A stretch of 64,000 bases of DNA. It comes from Anaeramoeba ignava BMAN (lineage: Eukaryota > Protista > Anaeramoebae). Shown here one piece after another: positions 48,745-62,998 of the stretch. Below the pieces are notes generated by a model that saw only the letters and a list, made by a program, of their open reading frames with translations, searched no databases and was not told the origin of the DNA. The translations under genes were made by a program, and so were the position numbers. The first letter of the stretch is position 1, and each line of letters opens with the position of its first letter. The stretch covers positions 105,208 through 169,207 of the forward strand of contig JAPDFW010000120.1 in the NCBI GenBank assembly GCA_028826165.1, given 5' to 3'.

Positions 48745-51652
48745 ATGAATGAAAACGAATCAAATAAATCAAATTTAACATCTGACAGTAGCATTTACAG
48801 TTCTGAAAAAGAAAAAGGAAAAAGAAAAGAAATTGAAAAAGAAACTGATGATGAAAAACAAAAAGAAAGAAAAAAAGGATTTGAAACTGAAACTGAAACT
48901 GATGATGAAATTCAAAAAGAAAGAGAGAAAGAAAAAATTGCAAAAAAACAAAAAACTGAAGAACTTTTAAAGAAATATAAACCTCGTCCTGGTTTTCTTG
49001 GTAATTTAAATGAAAAACAAGAAGAAGTAAAAAATTTTTTTATTTAAATTTAAATTAAAAAAAAAAATTGATCAATAAAAATTTAATTATAAAAACCAAT
49101 TATAAATATAAATATAAATATAAATATAAAATAAATATAAATAAATATAAATATAAATATAAATATAAATATAAATATAAATATAAATATAAATATAAAT
49201 ATAAATATAAATATAAATATAAATATAATTATAAATATAAATATAAATATAAATATAAATATAAATATAAATATAAATATAAATATAAATATAAATATAA
49301 ATATAAATATAAAATATAAATATAAATATAAAATATAATTATAAATATAAAATATAAATATAAATATAAATATAAATATATAAATATAAATATAAATATA
49401 TAAATATAAATATAAATATAAATATAAATATAAATATAAATATAAATAAATATAAATATAAATATAAATATAAATAAAATAAATATAAAATATAAATATA
49501 AATATAAATAAATATAAATATAAATATAAAAAAAATATAAATATAAATATAAAATATAAATATAAATATAAATATAAAATATAAATATAAATATAAATAT
49601 AAATATAAATATAAATATAAATATAAATATAAATATAAATATAAATATAAATATAAATATAAATATAAATATAAATATAAATCTAAATATAAATATAAAA
49701 TATAAATAAAATCTAAATAAATATAAATATAAATATAAATTATAAATATAAATTCAGGCATTAAAACAATTAAGAAAAAGTAGAAGATGTTTACCTGTGT
49801 TTCAAGGAGATTATAAAGAACAAGAAATGATTCATATTTATTACGTTATCTTGAGCTCAATTTGATTTAGAAAAAGCAAAATTTTCATAGAAATGAAATT
49901 AAATGGAAACAGAAAAACCAAATTAATTACAAAAGAATCAGTTCTTGAAAATTTAAACATTTATAATTCTGGGTTGATAAATAAAATATAGACCTGTTTT
50001 TAATTATAAAAATAGCTAGACACAAAAACAGAACTACAAGTGAAGAAATGATTAATTTGATGATTTATGTTATAAAAATGCAATTAGCAAATATAATTAT
50101 ATTTAATATTAAAAATAAATTAAATATTCAATATTTAATTCAATATTCAATTTATTCAATATTTAATTCAATAAATATATTTAATTATATTCAAAAATAT
50201 TCAAATTTAATTCAATAAATTTAATTCAATAAATTCAATTCAATTCAATATTCAATATTTTAAAAACAATTCAAAAAACTTAAAAATTCAAGATGTTTTA
50301 CCTGTTCAATGCCAATTAAAGGAGATTATAAAATAAGAACAAGAAACTGATTCATATTTATTTATTACGTTATCTTCAAGAGGATTCAATTTGATTTAGA
50401 AAAAGCAGAAATTTTCATATTTAAGAATTCAAATGAAATTAAATGGAATATTCAGAAAAATTCAAATTAATTTCAAAAAGAATCAGTTCTTGAAGAATTT
50501 AAAACAATGAAATTTTTTCATTATAATTTGAGTTGATAAAAGATTCGATATTTGATATTTAATTTTTGGTTTTATTGAATTTGAATTTCCGTATTAGACA
50601 ATATTTAACAAAAACAGAATTACAAGTGAAGAAATGATTAATATTTGTTTATTGATTTATGTTACTTTATTATTGAAAATTCAATTATTAATTAATATTT
50701 AATTTTGTTAAATTCAATATTCAATTCAATTTAATATTCAATTCTATATTCAATTCAATTCAATTCAATTCAATTCAATATTTAATTCAATTCAATTCAA
50801 TTCAATTTAATTCAATATTTAATTCAATATTCAATATTTAATTCAATTCAATATTCAATTCAATATTTAATTCAATATTTAATTCAATATTCAATTCAAT
50901 ATTCAATATTCAATTCAATTCAATTCAATTCAATTCAATTCAATTCAATATTTAATTCAATTCAATTCAATTCAATTCAATTCAATATTCAAATTTCTTT
51001 ATAAATTTAATTCAAATTTCTTTCTTAGAATGGAATATCCTATTGAAAATGTAACAATCATTTTTAATGTTAAAAATATGGGATGGTCAAATTTTGATTA
51101 TTCTGGTTCCAAAGAAGGTGCTTTCATTTTAATGAATTATTATGTTGAAAGACTTGGAAAATTATTTTTCATTAATATGGGTTGGATTTTTTCAACTTTG
51201 TATAAAATTGGGAAATCATGGATTGATCCAGAAACTCAAACAAAAGTAAATTCTTAAAAAAAAATTCTTAAAAAAAAATTCTTAAAAAAAAATTCTTAAA
51301 AAAATTCTTAAAAAAAAATTCTTAATTTTGCTTTTTTTAGTTTTTTTTCTTGAAATCAAATTTTCTTGATACTTTAAAACAATATATTGATGAAGATTCT
51401 ATTCCTAAATCTCTTGGTGGAAAATTCCCAGATCCAAAACCAATTCCAAAAAAGAAAAAAACAAAAAAACAACTTCAAGAAGAAAAAGAAAAAAAAGAAA
51501 AAGAAAAGAAAGAAAAAGAAAAGAAAGAAAAAGAAGAAAAAGTAAATACAAATCAGAAATCAAAAAGTTTTTCTTCAGATAAAGATAATAAACATGATTC
51601 TGATGATGATTCTGATGATTTCGAAAGTATGCAAAGTGATGATGAAAAATAA
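48745..51652 (+). CDS. Sec14/CRAL-TRIO lipid-transfer protein (spliced; middle exon garbled at 49760-50660)
   Basis: PGFLGNLNEKQEE|ALKQLR; LRYL....FDLEKA; YYVERLGKLFFIN..WIF..LYKI.K.WIDPET..K; YIDEDSIPKSLGG. Confidence 0.8.
49095..49750. repeat. Intronic (AAATAT)n; a further (ATTCA)n-type repeat at ~50700-50990
   Basis: Direct reading. Confidence 0.9.
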
Positions 51653-52219
51653 AAATAAGATTTTAAGAAAAAATGATTGAATCAAATTTTTTAAAAAGAA
51701 AAAAATTTAAGTTTAAAAGAAAAAGCAATTTAAAATTTTTTTTTTTTTTAGATTCATTTCAATTTCATTTCAATTCCAAAATCAATTCCATTTTTTTTTT
51801 GCTTTTTTTTATTTCATCAATCCAAATTAAAGAAAAAATTAAAAAGAAAAAGATTTTAATTTAAATGTTGAAGAAGAAATTTTTTTTAAATTTTGATTTT
51901 TTTGATTTTAATTTTTTTGATTTTAAATTTGATTTTAATTTTGATTTTTATTTTGATTTTGATTTTAATTTTGATTTTAAATTTGATTTTGATTTTAAAT
52001 TTGATTTTTGATTTTAATTTTTTTGATTTAATTTTGATTTTAATTTTTTTAATTTTAAATTTGATTTTAATTTTGATTTTTAATTTTTGATTTGATTTTG
52101 ATTTAATTTTGATTTTGAATTTTTAATTTTGATTTGATTTTAAATTGATTTTAATTTTGATTTTGATTTTAAATTGATTTTGATTTTGATTTTAAATTGA
52201 TTTTGATTTTGATTTTGAT

Positions 52220-55200
52220 TCAAATAGCAAAAGGAACAAAAACAGCAACAGTAAAAGAAAGAGGATTATTGTTTAAATCTTTAAGAGGAGAAATTCTAAT
52301 TTTAGAAAAAGGACCAAGAGAAGTATGGTCAACAGAAATAGAAAAAGGTTTTTGAGATTCAATTTCCAACTGACTAATATGAAGGGGAACAATAACATTG
52401 ATATCCCTATCATGTTTTTTTGCTTTTGAAATTCTTTTATCTTGTTCACTAGTGACCAAATAGCATTCCAAAGAGCGGTTAAAAGGGCAAGCAACATAAC
52501 CAGATTCAGCAGAAGAGGGGATATTTTTGACAATAACGGAATAGTAAGTTCCTTGAGAAGTGGGGGATACTTTATAAGGAATTCCGTCAGGATTGATGTC
52601 GATCCATTTGAGAGATAAATCAAGATAAGTGATCCTATTCCGCGTGTCTTTGGGGGCAAGAACATGGACGTTTTGAATAAATGGAATTGTGATATCTGGA
52701 GCTGTTTCCACATTGGGACGCGGCGGTTTTTTCCAGCATTCGCATGTGTAAATGGTTATTTCTAAGTATTGATGAGCATTGCGGAAATATCCTTCTATTG
52801 TTTCAAAAAGAAGATCTCCTTGTGTCGGGTTTTCAAATGTGGATTTTGTTGTTTTTCCTTTTTCGGGAAGTGATAATCCAGGTAAAACCCCTTTTTCTTG
52901 GATGTTCATCGTCAGAATGTTTGATGTTTGTGCGCCGATATTCGGTTCTTCTGTTAGTGAAGGAATTAGTTTAAATGGTATTTGACTCCTTAAATTTACG
53001 TTTCTATGATATATTCCATCATATACTGATAAATATCTAGAAACTCGACAATCTTCACCAATTGGAACTAAATAGAAAATAAATTGTATTTTTCAATTTC
53101 AAGAGTTTTATCAAGTTAAACTTTTGCAGAATATTTTAATTTTAAATATTATAAATTTTAATAAATATTAATTTTAATAAATATTAATTTTAATTTTAAT
53201 AATAAATTTAATTTTAAAAAGGATATTTGTTTTTTCCATAAATCCATTTTTAGATAATTTTAGACACGCATAAGTAATCAAAATTTGTTGAATTGTTCCA
53301 TCATTTCCTGCAATACAAATTTTAAGTGTTGGACTTCATTGTTTTTTTTTTGTTTTAAAAAAATCAATCATAAATATATTTAAATTCTTAAAAAATTAAA
53401 ATTATTTCCTACTTAAAATTTGGAATATCTTTATATTGAGCTTCAATATTAGTAAGTTCTTTTTCAAATTCTTGAGTAAAAGGTAATTTAGGAAACATAT
53501 GTGGCTTAGCAGTAAAATTTGAAATTGATCCTTGTGGAGGAATAATAAAATGATTAATAGAAAGTGGACCCAATCTATTAAATATTTTAGTTTGAATTTT
53601 AGAGTTTAAAGAAATTTTGTTTTAAAAATTGCTTTTTCTTGTTTATAATTTTCCAACCTTGGAATTGGTACTTCTTCAGTCCAATATTCATCTTTCATAA
53701 TTGACTTTTTTTCAAATTTTTTTGTTGATAAAGACACCCTGAATTCTTTTTTAATTTTACTTAATAATGGCATAAATCTGTTATTTAAAATTTCTGTTCT
53801 TTGTTCTGCTGATTTTTTTTGTGTCATTTTGACAACTTCATTAACAGTATTCATAACAACTGAGAAATAATAATCAATTTCACTTGAATCAATGCATTGC
53901 TCAAGAGAATGTAAATGTGGAATATTTCCAAATGAACTCAGTAAAGTGTCTAAAATTTTCATTTTGAGTTTTTTCATTTTAAATTTTTTCATTTTAAATT
54001 TTTTCATTTAATTTAATAAACTACGTTTTAATAAATGAATTTTCATGATCTCTTCTGGAATATCTTCTGAAATTCTTGTTCCAAGAACAGATGAAAATAT
54101 TAATCCTTTTGGGAATGAAACATCAATAAAAAGATAATGAAAAGTTAAACAATCCAAATTTTCTTTTGCTATTTCTGGATTTTCTTCCACAAATCTTTGC
54201 CTTAAAAGTTGTCCAGGAACTTTTAATTCTTCTTCAATTATTCCAAGTGTTTCCTAAAATAAAAATAATTTTTTTTTCAATTTGATTTAAATTCAAAAAT
54301 TCCTTTGTTTTTTTGCTTGGAATTTACTTGAGCGAATGTTCCATATGGATTGGGTGATAAAAGTAAATTTCTTAATACTTTTCTGTATGATTTTAGCAGT
54401 TCTCGATTTGTTATTGGATACTGATATATCATTTTGTTTTTGTTTTTGTTTTTTTTTGATAAATAATAATAAAATATTAAATTTTCTTTTTTCTTTTGAA
54501 GTAAATTTTCTAAAATAAATCATACAATTGCAATTAATGATTGAAGAAGCCACAATGTTGCTAATAATTTTGAATTTTCTTTGTATACTTTAAGGAAAAA
54601 AAGTAAAGTATCATAAATTGTATCAACATATTTTCCCGAATATAATAACTTGCGAATATAAAGGTAAATCAATCCATAAGAATCTGTTTTAAATAATGCA
54701 TTTTAATTTAATTTTTAAATAATAAATTTTAATTGAATTTTTAAATAATAAATTTTAATTTAATTTTTAAATAATAAATTTTAATTTAAGTTTTAAATAA
54801 TAAATTTTAATTTAAGTTTTAAATAATAAATTTTAATTTAATTTTTAAATAATAAATTTTAATTTAATTTTTAAATAATAAATTTTAATTTAATTTTTAA
54901 ATAATAAATTTTAATTGAATTTTTAAATAATAAATTTTAATTGAATTTTTAAATAATAAATTTTAATTGAAATATTCTACATTCTTCAATTGGAAGATTT
55001 GGTGGAATTTTAGGAAATCCAATAATTCCTGTATAATTTTGAACAGATACACAAAGATCAAGAAAACGAATTAATGATTGTTTTGATTCTCGATAAGGTG
55101 GTGAAAGAAATTGAATTAGTTCAGTTTTAATATTTTTAGTTCCACATATTGGATCTGTAGTACAAAGTGTTTGTGTTTTTCCAGGTAATAAATCAATATT

Positions 55201-56413
55201 ACATTTCCAGATCTTGTAAATATTATCCAAATGTTCAACATTTTCAAAGGAATAAAATAATGCAAGATAAAATGCAGTTAAAGCAATCCTATCACTTAAA
55301 TTTTCTTTTTAATTTTCAAAATTTTAATTTTAATTTTCAAATTTTAATTTTATAATTTAATTTTATAATTTGATTTTATAAATTGAATTTTAATTTAATT
55401 TTAATTTAATTTTAATTTTAATTTTAATTTTAATTTAATTTTAATTTAATAAATGAATTTTAATTTAATTTTAATTTTATAAATGAATTTTAATTTTATA
55501 ATTGAATTTTGATATTAATTGAATTTTAATTTTATAATTTAATTTAATTTTAATTTTAATTTAATTTTAATTTTAATTTTATAAATTAATTTTAATTTTA
55601 TAATTTAATTTTAATTTTATAATTTTAATTTTATTTTAATTTTATAATTTAATTTTTAATTTTAATTTTATAAATTGATTTTATAAATTGAATTTTAATT
55701 TTATAAATTGATTTTATAATTTAAATTCTAATTTTAATTTTAATTTAATTTAATTTTATAAATGAATTTTAATTTTAATTTTAATTTAATTTTATAAATG
55801 AATTTTAATTTAATTTTAATTTTATAATTTTAATTTTATATTGAAATGCTTTTTACTCACCAAAAAAAGGTTGATTTTTAACAGATCCTTTCATAGTATA
55901 AGAACCCTTTAAACCAAGATAACGATTAAAAATTTCATTTAAATCAATTTGATTAACCAAAAAAGACTGATTTGATTTTATTTGAGAATCAAAACTAATA
56001 TTCTTTTTTTGAATTTTATCCTTTTTATCTTTCTTATCTTTTTTTTGAGGTTCAATTTCTTGAGAAACATCAACAACTTCATTAATAGAATCTTTAATTC
56101 CATTGATAACATGAACTAAAGTTTCTTTATATTTTAAATCTTCAAATTGTTTTTTTGAATCTGAAGATAATTTTTGAACTTTTGTAATTAAATCTGCCAT
56201 TGAAGTCACTATATTTGTTTGTCCTGCTTCAATAAATAATAATTTCATTAATAAAATCCCTAAAAATCCTCCTGCAAATTCTGGGTTTCCTAAATTTGTC
56301 CAAAATGTTAAAAAATTTTGAAGTGTGATTTTTTGTGTTGAATTGATTGATAATTGATCGTTGATTATGTTTTTGTGTTGTTCATCAACTCCTAAATATT
56401 TATCTAAAGACAT
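52220..56413 (-). CDS. PI3K class IB regulatory subunit p101/p87 (PIK3R5/6)-like protein, multi-exon
   Basis: Colinear motifs matching p101 as I recall it: [72 protein letters not shown]...ITIY and ISQLEIESQKPFSISVD...RISP. Some junctions are uncertain. Confidence 0.6.
54690..54970. repeat. Intronic 26-bp tandem repeat
   Basis: AAATAATAAATTTTAATTTAATTTTT, about 10 copies. Confidence 0.85.
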
Positions 56414-56800
56414 TTCTTTTTGTTTTGATAAATGAAAAATGAAAAAAAAAAATGGAAAAAAAAATTAAAATTAAAATCAAAATTAAAATTTAAAACAAAA
56501 TTAAAATTAAAATTAAAATCAAAATTAAAATTAAAATCAAAATTAAAAATTAAAATTAAAATTAAAATTAAAATCAAAATCAAAATCAATATTAAAATTA
56601 AAATCAAAATTAAAATTAAAATCAAAATCAAAAACAAAAATCAAAATTAAAATCAAAATTAAAATTAAAATCAAAATTAATTCATAAACAAGAACGTCAT
56701 TTGTTATTGTTATTTGATTATTTTTTTATTTTTTTATTTTTTCATTTTTTTATTTTTTCATTTTTTTATTTTTTTCATTTTTTTCATTTTTTTTTTCATA

Positions 56801-59800
56801 ATGGATCTTTATACAAAATGTCCACGTTGTGGAAATGAAGTTTTAGATGAAGCAAATAATACAATTTATTGTCTTGAATGTGGTTTTGTATGTTTTGCTA
56901 TTTAAAATTAAATTAAATTAAATTAAAATTAAATTAAATTAAATTAAATTAAAAAATAAGATTTTGGAAGAAAGTACAATTGTTTCTGAATTAACTTATG
57001 TCAGTGATAAAGACGGTAAACAATCTGTTGATGGACAATTTGTTTCTAATTCAGGTATTTTTTATTCTTAATTTTTTTATTTTTTTAATTTAAATTTTTT
57101 TTAATTTTTTTTTAAAGGAATTGTTATTGGTGATAATGGAATTACAATTTTAAATGCTGCACGTGAATTTGCTCTTCAAAATGGTAATATAAATTTAAAA
57201 TTAAAATTAAAATTAAAATCATAAATAAAATTAAAATTATATTTAAATTTAAATTTAAAATCAAAATTAAAATTAAAATTAAAATTAAAAATTAAAATTA
57301 AAATTAAAATTAAAATTAAAATTAAAATTAAAATTAAAATTAAAATTAAAATTAAAATTAAAATTAAAATTAAAATTAAAATTAAAATTAAAATTAAAAT
57401 TAAAATTAAAATTAAAATTAAAATTATAATTAAAATTAAAATTAAAATTAAAAGCAAGAAGAGAAATTATGAAACTTGCAGAAGATTTATCAATTAATGA
57501 AAGTTTTGCTGAACAAGCTGCACAAATTTATGCACTTGCTTCTGAAAAAGGATTTATTCGAGGAAGAAAATCAATTCATGTTTGTGCAGCTTGTCTTTAT
57601 GCAATTTGTAGAAAAAATGAAACAAGCCGTAAATTTTAAAATTAAAATAAAAATTAAAATTAAAATTGAAATTAAATTTAAAATCTAAATTCTGAATTAA
57701 ATTTAAAATTAAAATCTAAATTCTGAATTAAAATTAAAATTAAAATTAAAATTAAAATTAAAATTAAAAATTAAAATTAAAATTAAAATTAAAATTAAAA
57801 TTAAAATTAAAATTAAAATTAAAATTAAAATTAAAATTAAAATTAAAATTTAAATTAAAAATTAAAATAAAAATTAAAATTAAAATCAAAATCAAAATTA
57901 AAATTAAAATTAAAATTAAAATTAAAATTAAAATTAAAATTAAAATTAAAATTAAAATTAAAATTAAAATTAAAATTAAAATTAAAATTATAATTAAAAA
58001 AGATATGTTAATTGATTTCTCTGAAAAAGTGCAAACAAATGTTTATTATTTGGGTCATGTTTTTCTAAAACTTAGATCATTAATTCCATTAAGAGAAATT
58101 AAATTGGCAGATCCTTCATTATTTATTCAAAGATTTGCATCAAAATTAGATTTTGAAAAAAAAACTGTTCTTGTAGCAAATACAGCTCTTCAATTAGTTG
58201 CAAGAATGAAAAGAGATTGGCTTCAAATTGGAAGAAGACCAGCTGGAATTTGTGGAGCTGGTATTATTATTATTATTATTATTCTTATTTAAAATTTTAA
58301 TTCAATTTTTATTTAAAATTTTTATTTAAAATTTTTAATTTGTTTTTTAGCTCTTTTTATTGCTGCTAGAATTCATGGATTTAAAAGAACAACTAATGAA
58401 ATTACAAATGTTGTTGGTGTTGCTACAGATACAATTCGCAAAAGGTTAAAATTAATATTAAAATTATAATTCATTTTGAAAATTAAAATTAAAATTAAAA
58501 TCAAAATTAAAATTCATTTTGAAAATTAAAATTAAAATTAAAATTAAAATTAAAATTAAAATTAATATTAATATTAAAATTAAAATTAAAATTAAAATTA
58601 AAATTTATATTAAAATTAAAATAAAAATTAAAATTATAATTTAAAATTAAAATTTATATTAAAATCAAAATTAAAATTAAAATTAAAATTAAAATTAAAA
58701 TTAAAATTAAAATCAAAATTAAAATTAAAATTAAAATTAAAATTAAAATTAAAATTAAAATTAAAATTCATTTTGAAAATTAAAATTAAAATTAAAATTA
58801 AAATTAAAATTAAAATTCATTTTGAAAATTAAAATTAAAATTAAAATTAAAATTAAAATTAAAATTAAAATTAATATTAAAATTCATTTTGAAAATTAAA
58901 ATAGATTATCAGAATTTTGTCGTACAAATGCAGCAGATTTAACACTTGAAGAATTTAATAACATGGAATTCAAAACTTTTTTATCAATTCCGTCAAAAAA
59001 AAATACAGAACAATATCTTTGGAGTCAAACAAATTATGATAAAAAAATAACCCAAAAAAAATCCAAAATTCAAAATGAACCAGTTGAAGAACCAAAATAT
59101 TTACTTTTTGATAAAGAAATTCAACAAGAAATTGAAGAAATCTTACATAATGAGAATGCTTTAGATAATAAAGATTTTGAATTCGATCCACATAAAGGAT
59201 TTATTCTTAAAACAACAGAAATTCAAAAGAAAATTGTTAAAGAATTTGTTAAATCTCAAGAAGTTGAATATAAAAATACTATTGAAAAAACAAAAACAGA
59301 AAAAGAAAAAAATATTATTAAAGAAATTGAAGATCAAACAACTGAACAATTAATTATTAATTTTGGAGAAAATTTACCAAAAAATAGATTTAATAAAATG
59401 CATTATTTTGGAGATGAAGATGAAAATGAAGATGAAGATGAAGATGAAGATGAAGAAAATGAAAATGGAAATCTTGAAGATGAAATTGAAAATTTTATTG
59501 AAAATGAAAATGAAAATGAAAATGAAAATGAAAATGAAAAAGAAAATGAAAAAGAAAATCAAAATCAAAATGAAAATGAAAATGAAAATGAAAATGAAAA
59601 TGAAAATCAAATTGAAAATCAAAATCAAAATCAAAATGAAATTGAAAATCAAAATCAAAATCAAAATCAAATTGAAAATCAAATTGAAAATCAAATTGAA
59701 AAAAAAAAAGAAAATGTAAAAAAATTTTATGAAAATTTTGATGATATTGATGATAAAGAAATTGAACAATTTATTTTAACAGAAAAAGAATATGAATCAA

Positions 59801-60150
59801 GAAAAAGAGTTTGGGAAAGACTTTATCAAGAATATGTTGAAGAAGCACAAGAAAAGCGAAGAATAAAAGAAAATGAATTATTAGAAAAACAACAACTTGG
59901 AAAAAGAGGAAGAAAAAAAAATGCGAATTTAAATCAAAAAACTCGATCAAGTCGAGTTAATAATTTTTTGAATGAAGATTCTTTTACTCAAGATTTTACT
60001 AATCAATCTTCTTTTCCAAATAAAGGAGACTCTTTAAAAGAATTTGGTAATTTTGATTTGGAACAAGAAATTTTAAATCAAGATTCTTATGGAAATTTAT
60101 TTGGTTTTAAAACTGGAGAAGAACAAAATGATATTTCTTCTGATTATTGA
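56801..60150 (+). CDS. BRF1: TFIIIB subunit Brf1 (8 exons; three AAAATT-filled introns)
   Basis: Zn ribbon CPRCG...CLECG|ILEESTIVSE; cyclin folds RGRK...CAACLYAICR and DPSLFIQRFASKL...RMKRDWLQIGRRPAGICGA|ALFIAARIHGF; C-terminal DDIDD.EI..FIL..KE...R..VW (homology block II). Confidence 0.93.
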
Positions 60151-60268
60151 AAACAAAAGAAAATATTTTTCTTCTTTTTATTTTTATTTTTCTCCTTTTG
60201 TTTTTGTAATAAAAAAATTGAAAAAAAATTTCATTTTTCATTTTTCATTTTTCTTTTTCTTTCTTAAA

Positions 60269-62998
60269 ATGGATTTTAATGAACTTTATCGTTTATTAAG
60301 TTCTTTTACAAATTCTGTTGAAAATGATTTTCCAGATTTTCAATATTGTAATGAGTTATTAACTCAATTAAAAAGTAAGCAAAATTAAATATTATTTATG
60401 AAATTATTGAAAATTATTTATAAAATTATTTATAAAATTAATTATAAAATTATTTATTAAATTAATTATTAAATTATTTATAAATTTAAATATAAAATTA
60501 TTTATAAAATTATATATTAAATTATTTATTAAATTATTTATAAAAATTATTTATAAAATTATTTATAAAATTATTTATAAAATTATTTATAAAATTATTT
60601 ATTAAATTATTTTATTAAAATTATTTATAAAATTATTTATAAAATTAAATATAAAATTAAATATAAAATTATTTATAAAATTAAATATAAAATTAAATAT
60701 AAAATTATTTATAAAATTAAATATAAAATTAAATATAAAATTATTTTAAAAATTATTTATAAAATTATAATATAAAATTATTTATAAAATTATTTATAAA
60801 ATTAATTATAAAAATTATTTATAAAATTATTTATAAAATTATTTATAAAAATTATTTATAAAATTATTTTATAAAATTATTTATAAAATTATTATTTATA
60901 AAATTATTTATAAAAATTATTAATAAAATTATTTATAAAATTATTTATAAAATTATTTATAAAATTATTTATAAAATTAATTATAAAATTATTTATAAAA
61001 TTAATTATAAAATTAAATATAAAAATTAAATATAAAATTATTTTATAAAATTATTTATAAAATTATTTATAAAATTATTTATAAAATTATTTATAAAATT
61101 ATTTATAAAATTAAATATAAAATTAATTATAAAATTATTTATAAAATTAAATATAAAATTATTTATAAAATTATAATATATAAATTAAATATAAAATTAT
61201 TTATAAAATTATTTATAAAATTATTTATAAAATTATTTATAAAATTATTATTTATAAAAATTATTTATAAAATTAATTATAAAATTAAATATAAAATTAT
61301 TTATAAAAATTATTTATAAAATTATTTATAAAATTATTTATAAAATTAATTATAAAAATTATTTATAAAATTATTTATAAAATTATTTATAATTATTTTA
61401 TAAAATTATTTATAAAATTATTTATTAAAAATTAAAATTATTTATAAAATTAATTATAAAATTATTTATAAAATTATTTATAAAATTATTTATAAAATTA
61501 TTTATTAAATTATTTATAAAATTATTTATAAAATTATTTATAAAATTATTTTATAAAATTAATTATAAAATTATTTTATAAAATTAAATATAAAATTATT
61601 TATTAAATTATAAAATTAAATATAAAATTATTTATATAAAATTAAATATAAAATTATTTATAAAAATTATTTATAAAATTAATTTATAAAATTATTTATA
61701 AAAATTATTTTATAAAAATTAAAATATAAAATATAAAATTAATTATAAAAATTATTTATAAGATTATTTATAAAATTAATTATAAAATTATTTATAAAAT
61801 TATTTATAAAATTAAATATAAAATTAAATATAAAATTAAATTATAAAATTATTTTATAAAATTATTTATAAAATTATTTATAAAAATTATTTATAAAATT
61901 ATTTATAAAATTATTTATAAAATTAAACATAAAATTATTTATAAAATTATTTATAAAATTATTTATAAAAATTATATATAAAATTATTTATAAAATTATT
62001 TATAAAAAAATATAAAATTATTTATAAAATTATTTATAAAATTAATTATATAAAATTTTTATAAAATTATTTATAAAATTAAATATAAAATTATTTATAA
62101 AATTAAATATAAAATTAAATTAGATTCAACTTGCTGAGCAAAATATCCTATTTTCTTCAAAATTAGAAAAACAAAATATAGAAGGATTAAAAATTGCAAG
62201 TTTGTTATTATTTTATTTTTTCAAAATTAAAATTAAAATTAAAATTAAAATTTCTTTGATTTAAAAAAAAAAGGACAAACACTTGAATTTGCTGTTATTT
62301 TAAGTGTTAAAATGAAAGAGAATAAATCTTTTGAAAGACATATTTCACAACTTAAACCTTATTATTATGATTATGAGTAAATTTTTAATTTGTTTAAATT
62401 TTAAATTTGTTTAATTTGTTTAAATTGTTTAAATTTGTTTAATTTGTTTAATTTGTTTAATTTGTTTAAATTTTTAAATAGAAACTTTTTAGAACCATCA
62501 GAATTGAAACTTAAAATTTTAGGAATATATTTACTCTTTTTTTATTATCACAAAATCAATTGCAGAATTTCATACAAATTAAATTAATAAAAATAGAAGA
62601 AAGAAAAAGCAAATTTATATCATTTCCAATGAGATTAGAAAAGAGTTTATTTTGGATGGAAATTATTTTTAAAATTCGAAGCATTTTCTGAAAAACCATC
62701 AAATTATTTGATTTTTCTTGAAGAATTAATTCTTTCACTTCGTTCTACCAAATTGCTGAATATTTATTTCAAGTTTCTTATCCCCATTTGAAAGTTAAAG
62801 ATGCTTTTTGAAATTTTAATGTTAAAAAAGATAAAAATGATTTAATTGAAATTGCTCAACAAAATGACTGGTTAATTTCTGAAGATGGTACAATTAATTT
62901 TAAACTTGAAAATGATAATGAAAATGTTCAAATTCCTTCTGAATCGTTTAATAAGAGAAATTATTACTTATGCAAAAGAAATGGAAAGAATAATTTAA
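60269..62998 (+). CDS. RPN12: 26S proteasome lid subunit Rpn12/PSMD8 (4 exons; frameshifts in the last exon)
   Basis: LLTQLK|IQL...ARQTLEFAVILSV....SFERHISQLKPYYYDY...I.EFH...YAKEMERII. Confidence 0.88.
60400..62120. repeat. ~1.7-kb intronic 12-bp satellite of the same family as 38.3-44.3 kb (RPN12 intron 1, ~60375-62123)
   Basis: Same ATAAAATTATTT/AAAT/AATT units. Confidence 0.95.

Noticed and set aside
49758-50660. Apparent duplicated or alternative exon in the Sec14 gene
   Set aside because: Both copies are full of indels and the second is interleaved with the neighbouring ATTCA repeat; most likely a consensus error.
53100-53240. Non-GT intron donor in the p101-like gene
   Set aside because: I find no GT at the expected place, but the segment looks locally mis-assembled; it cannot be supported without reads.
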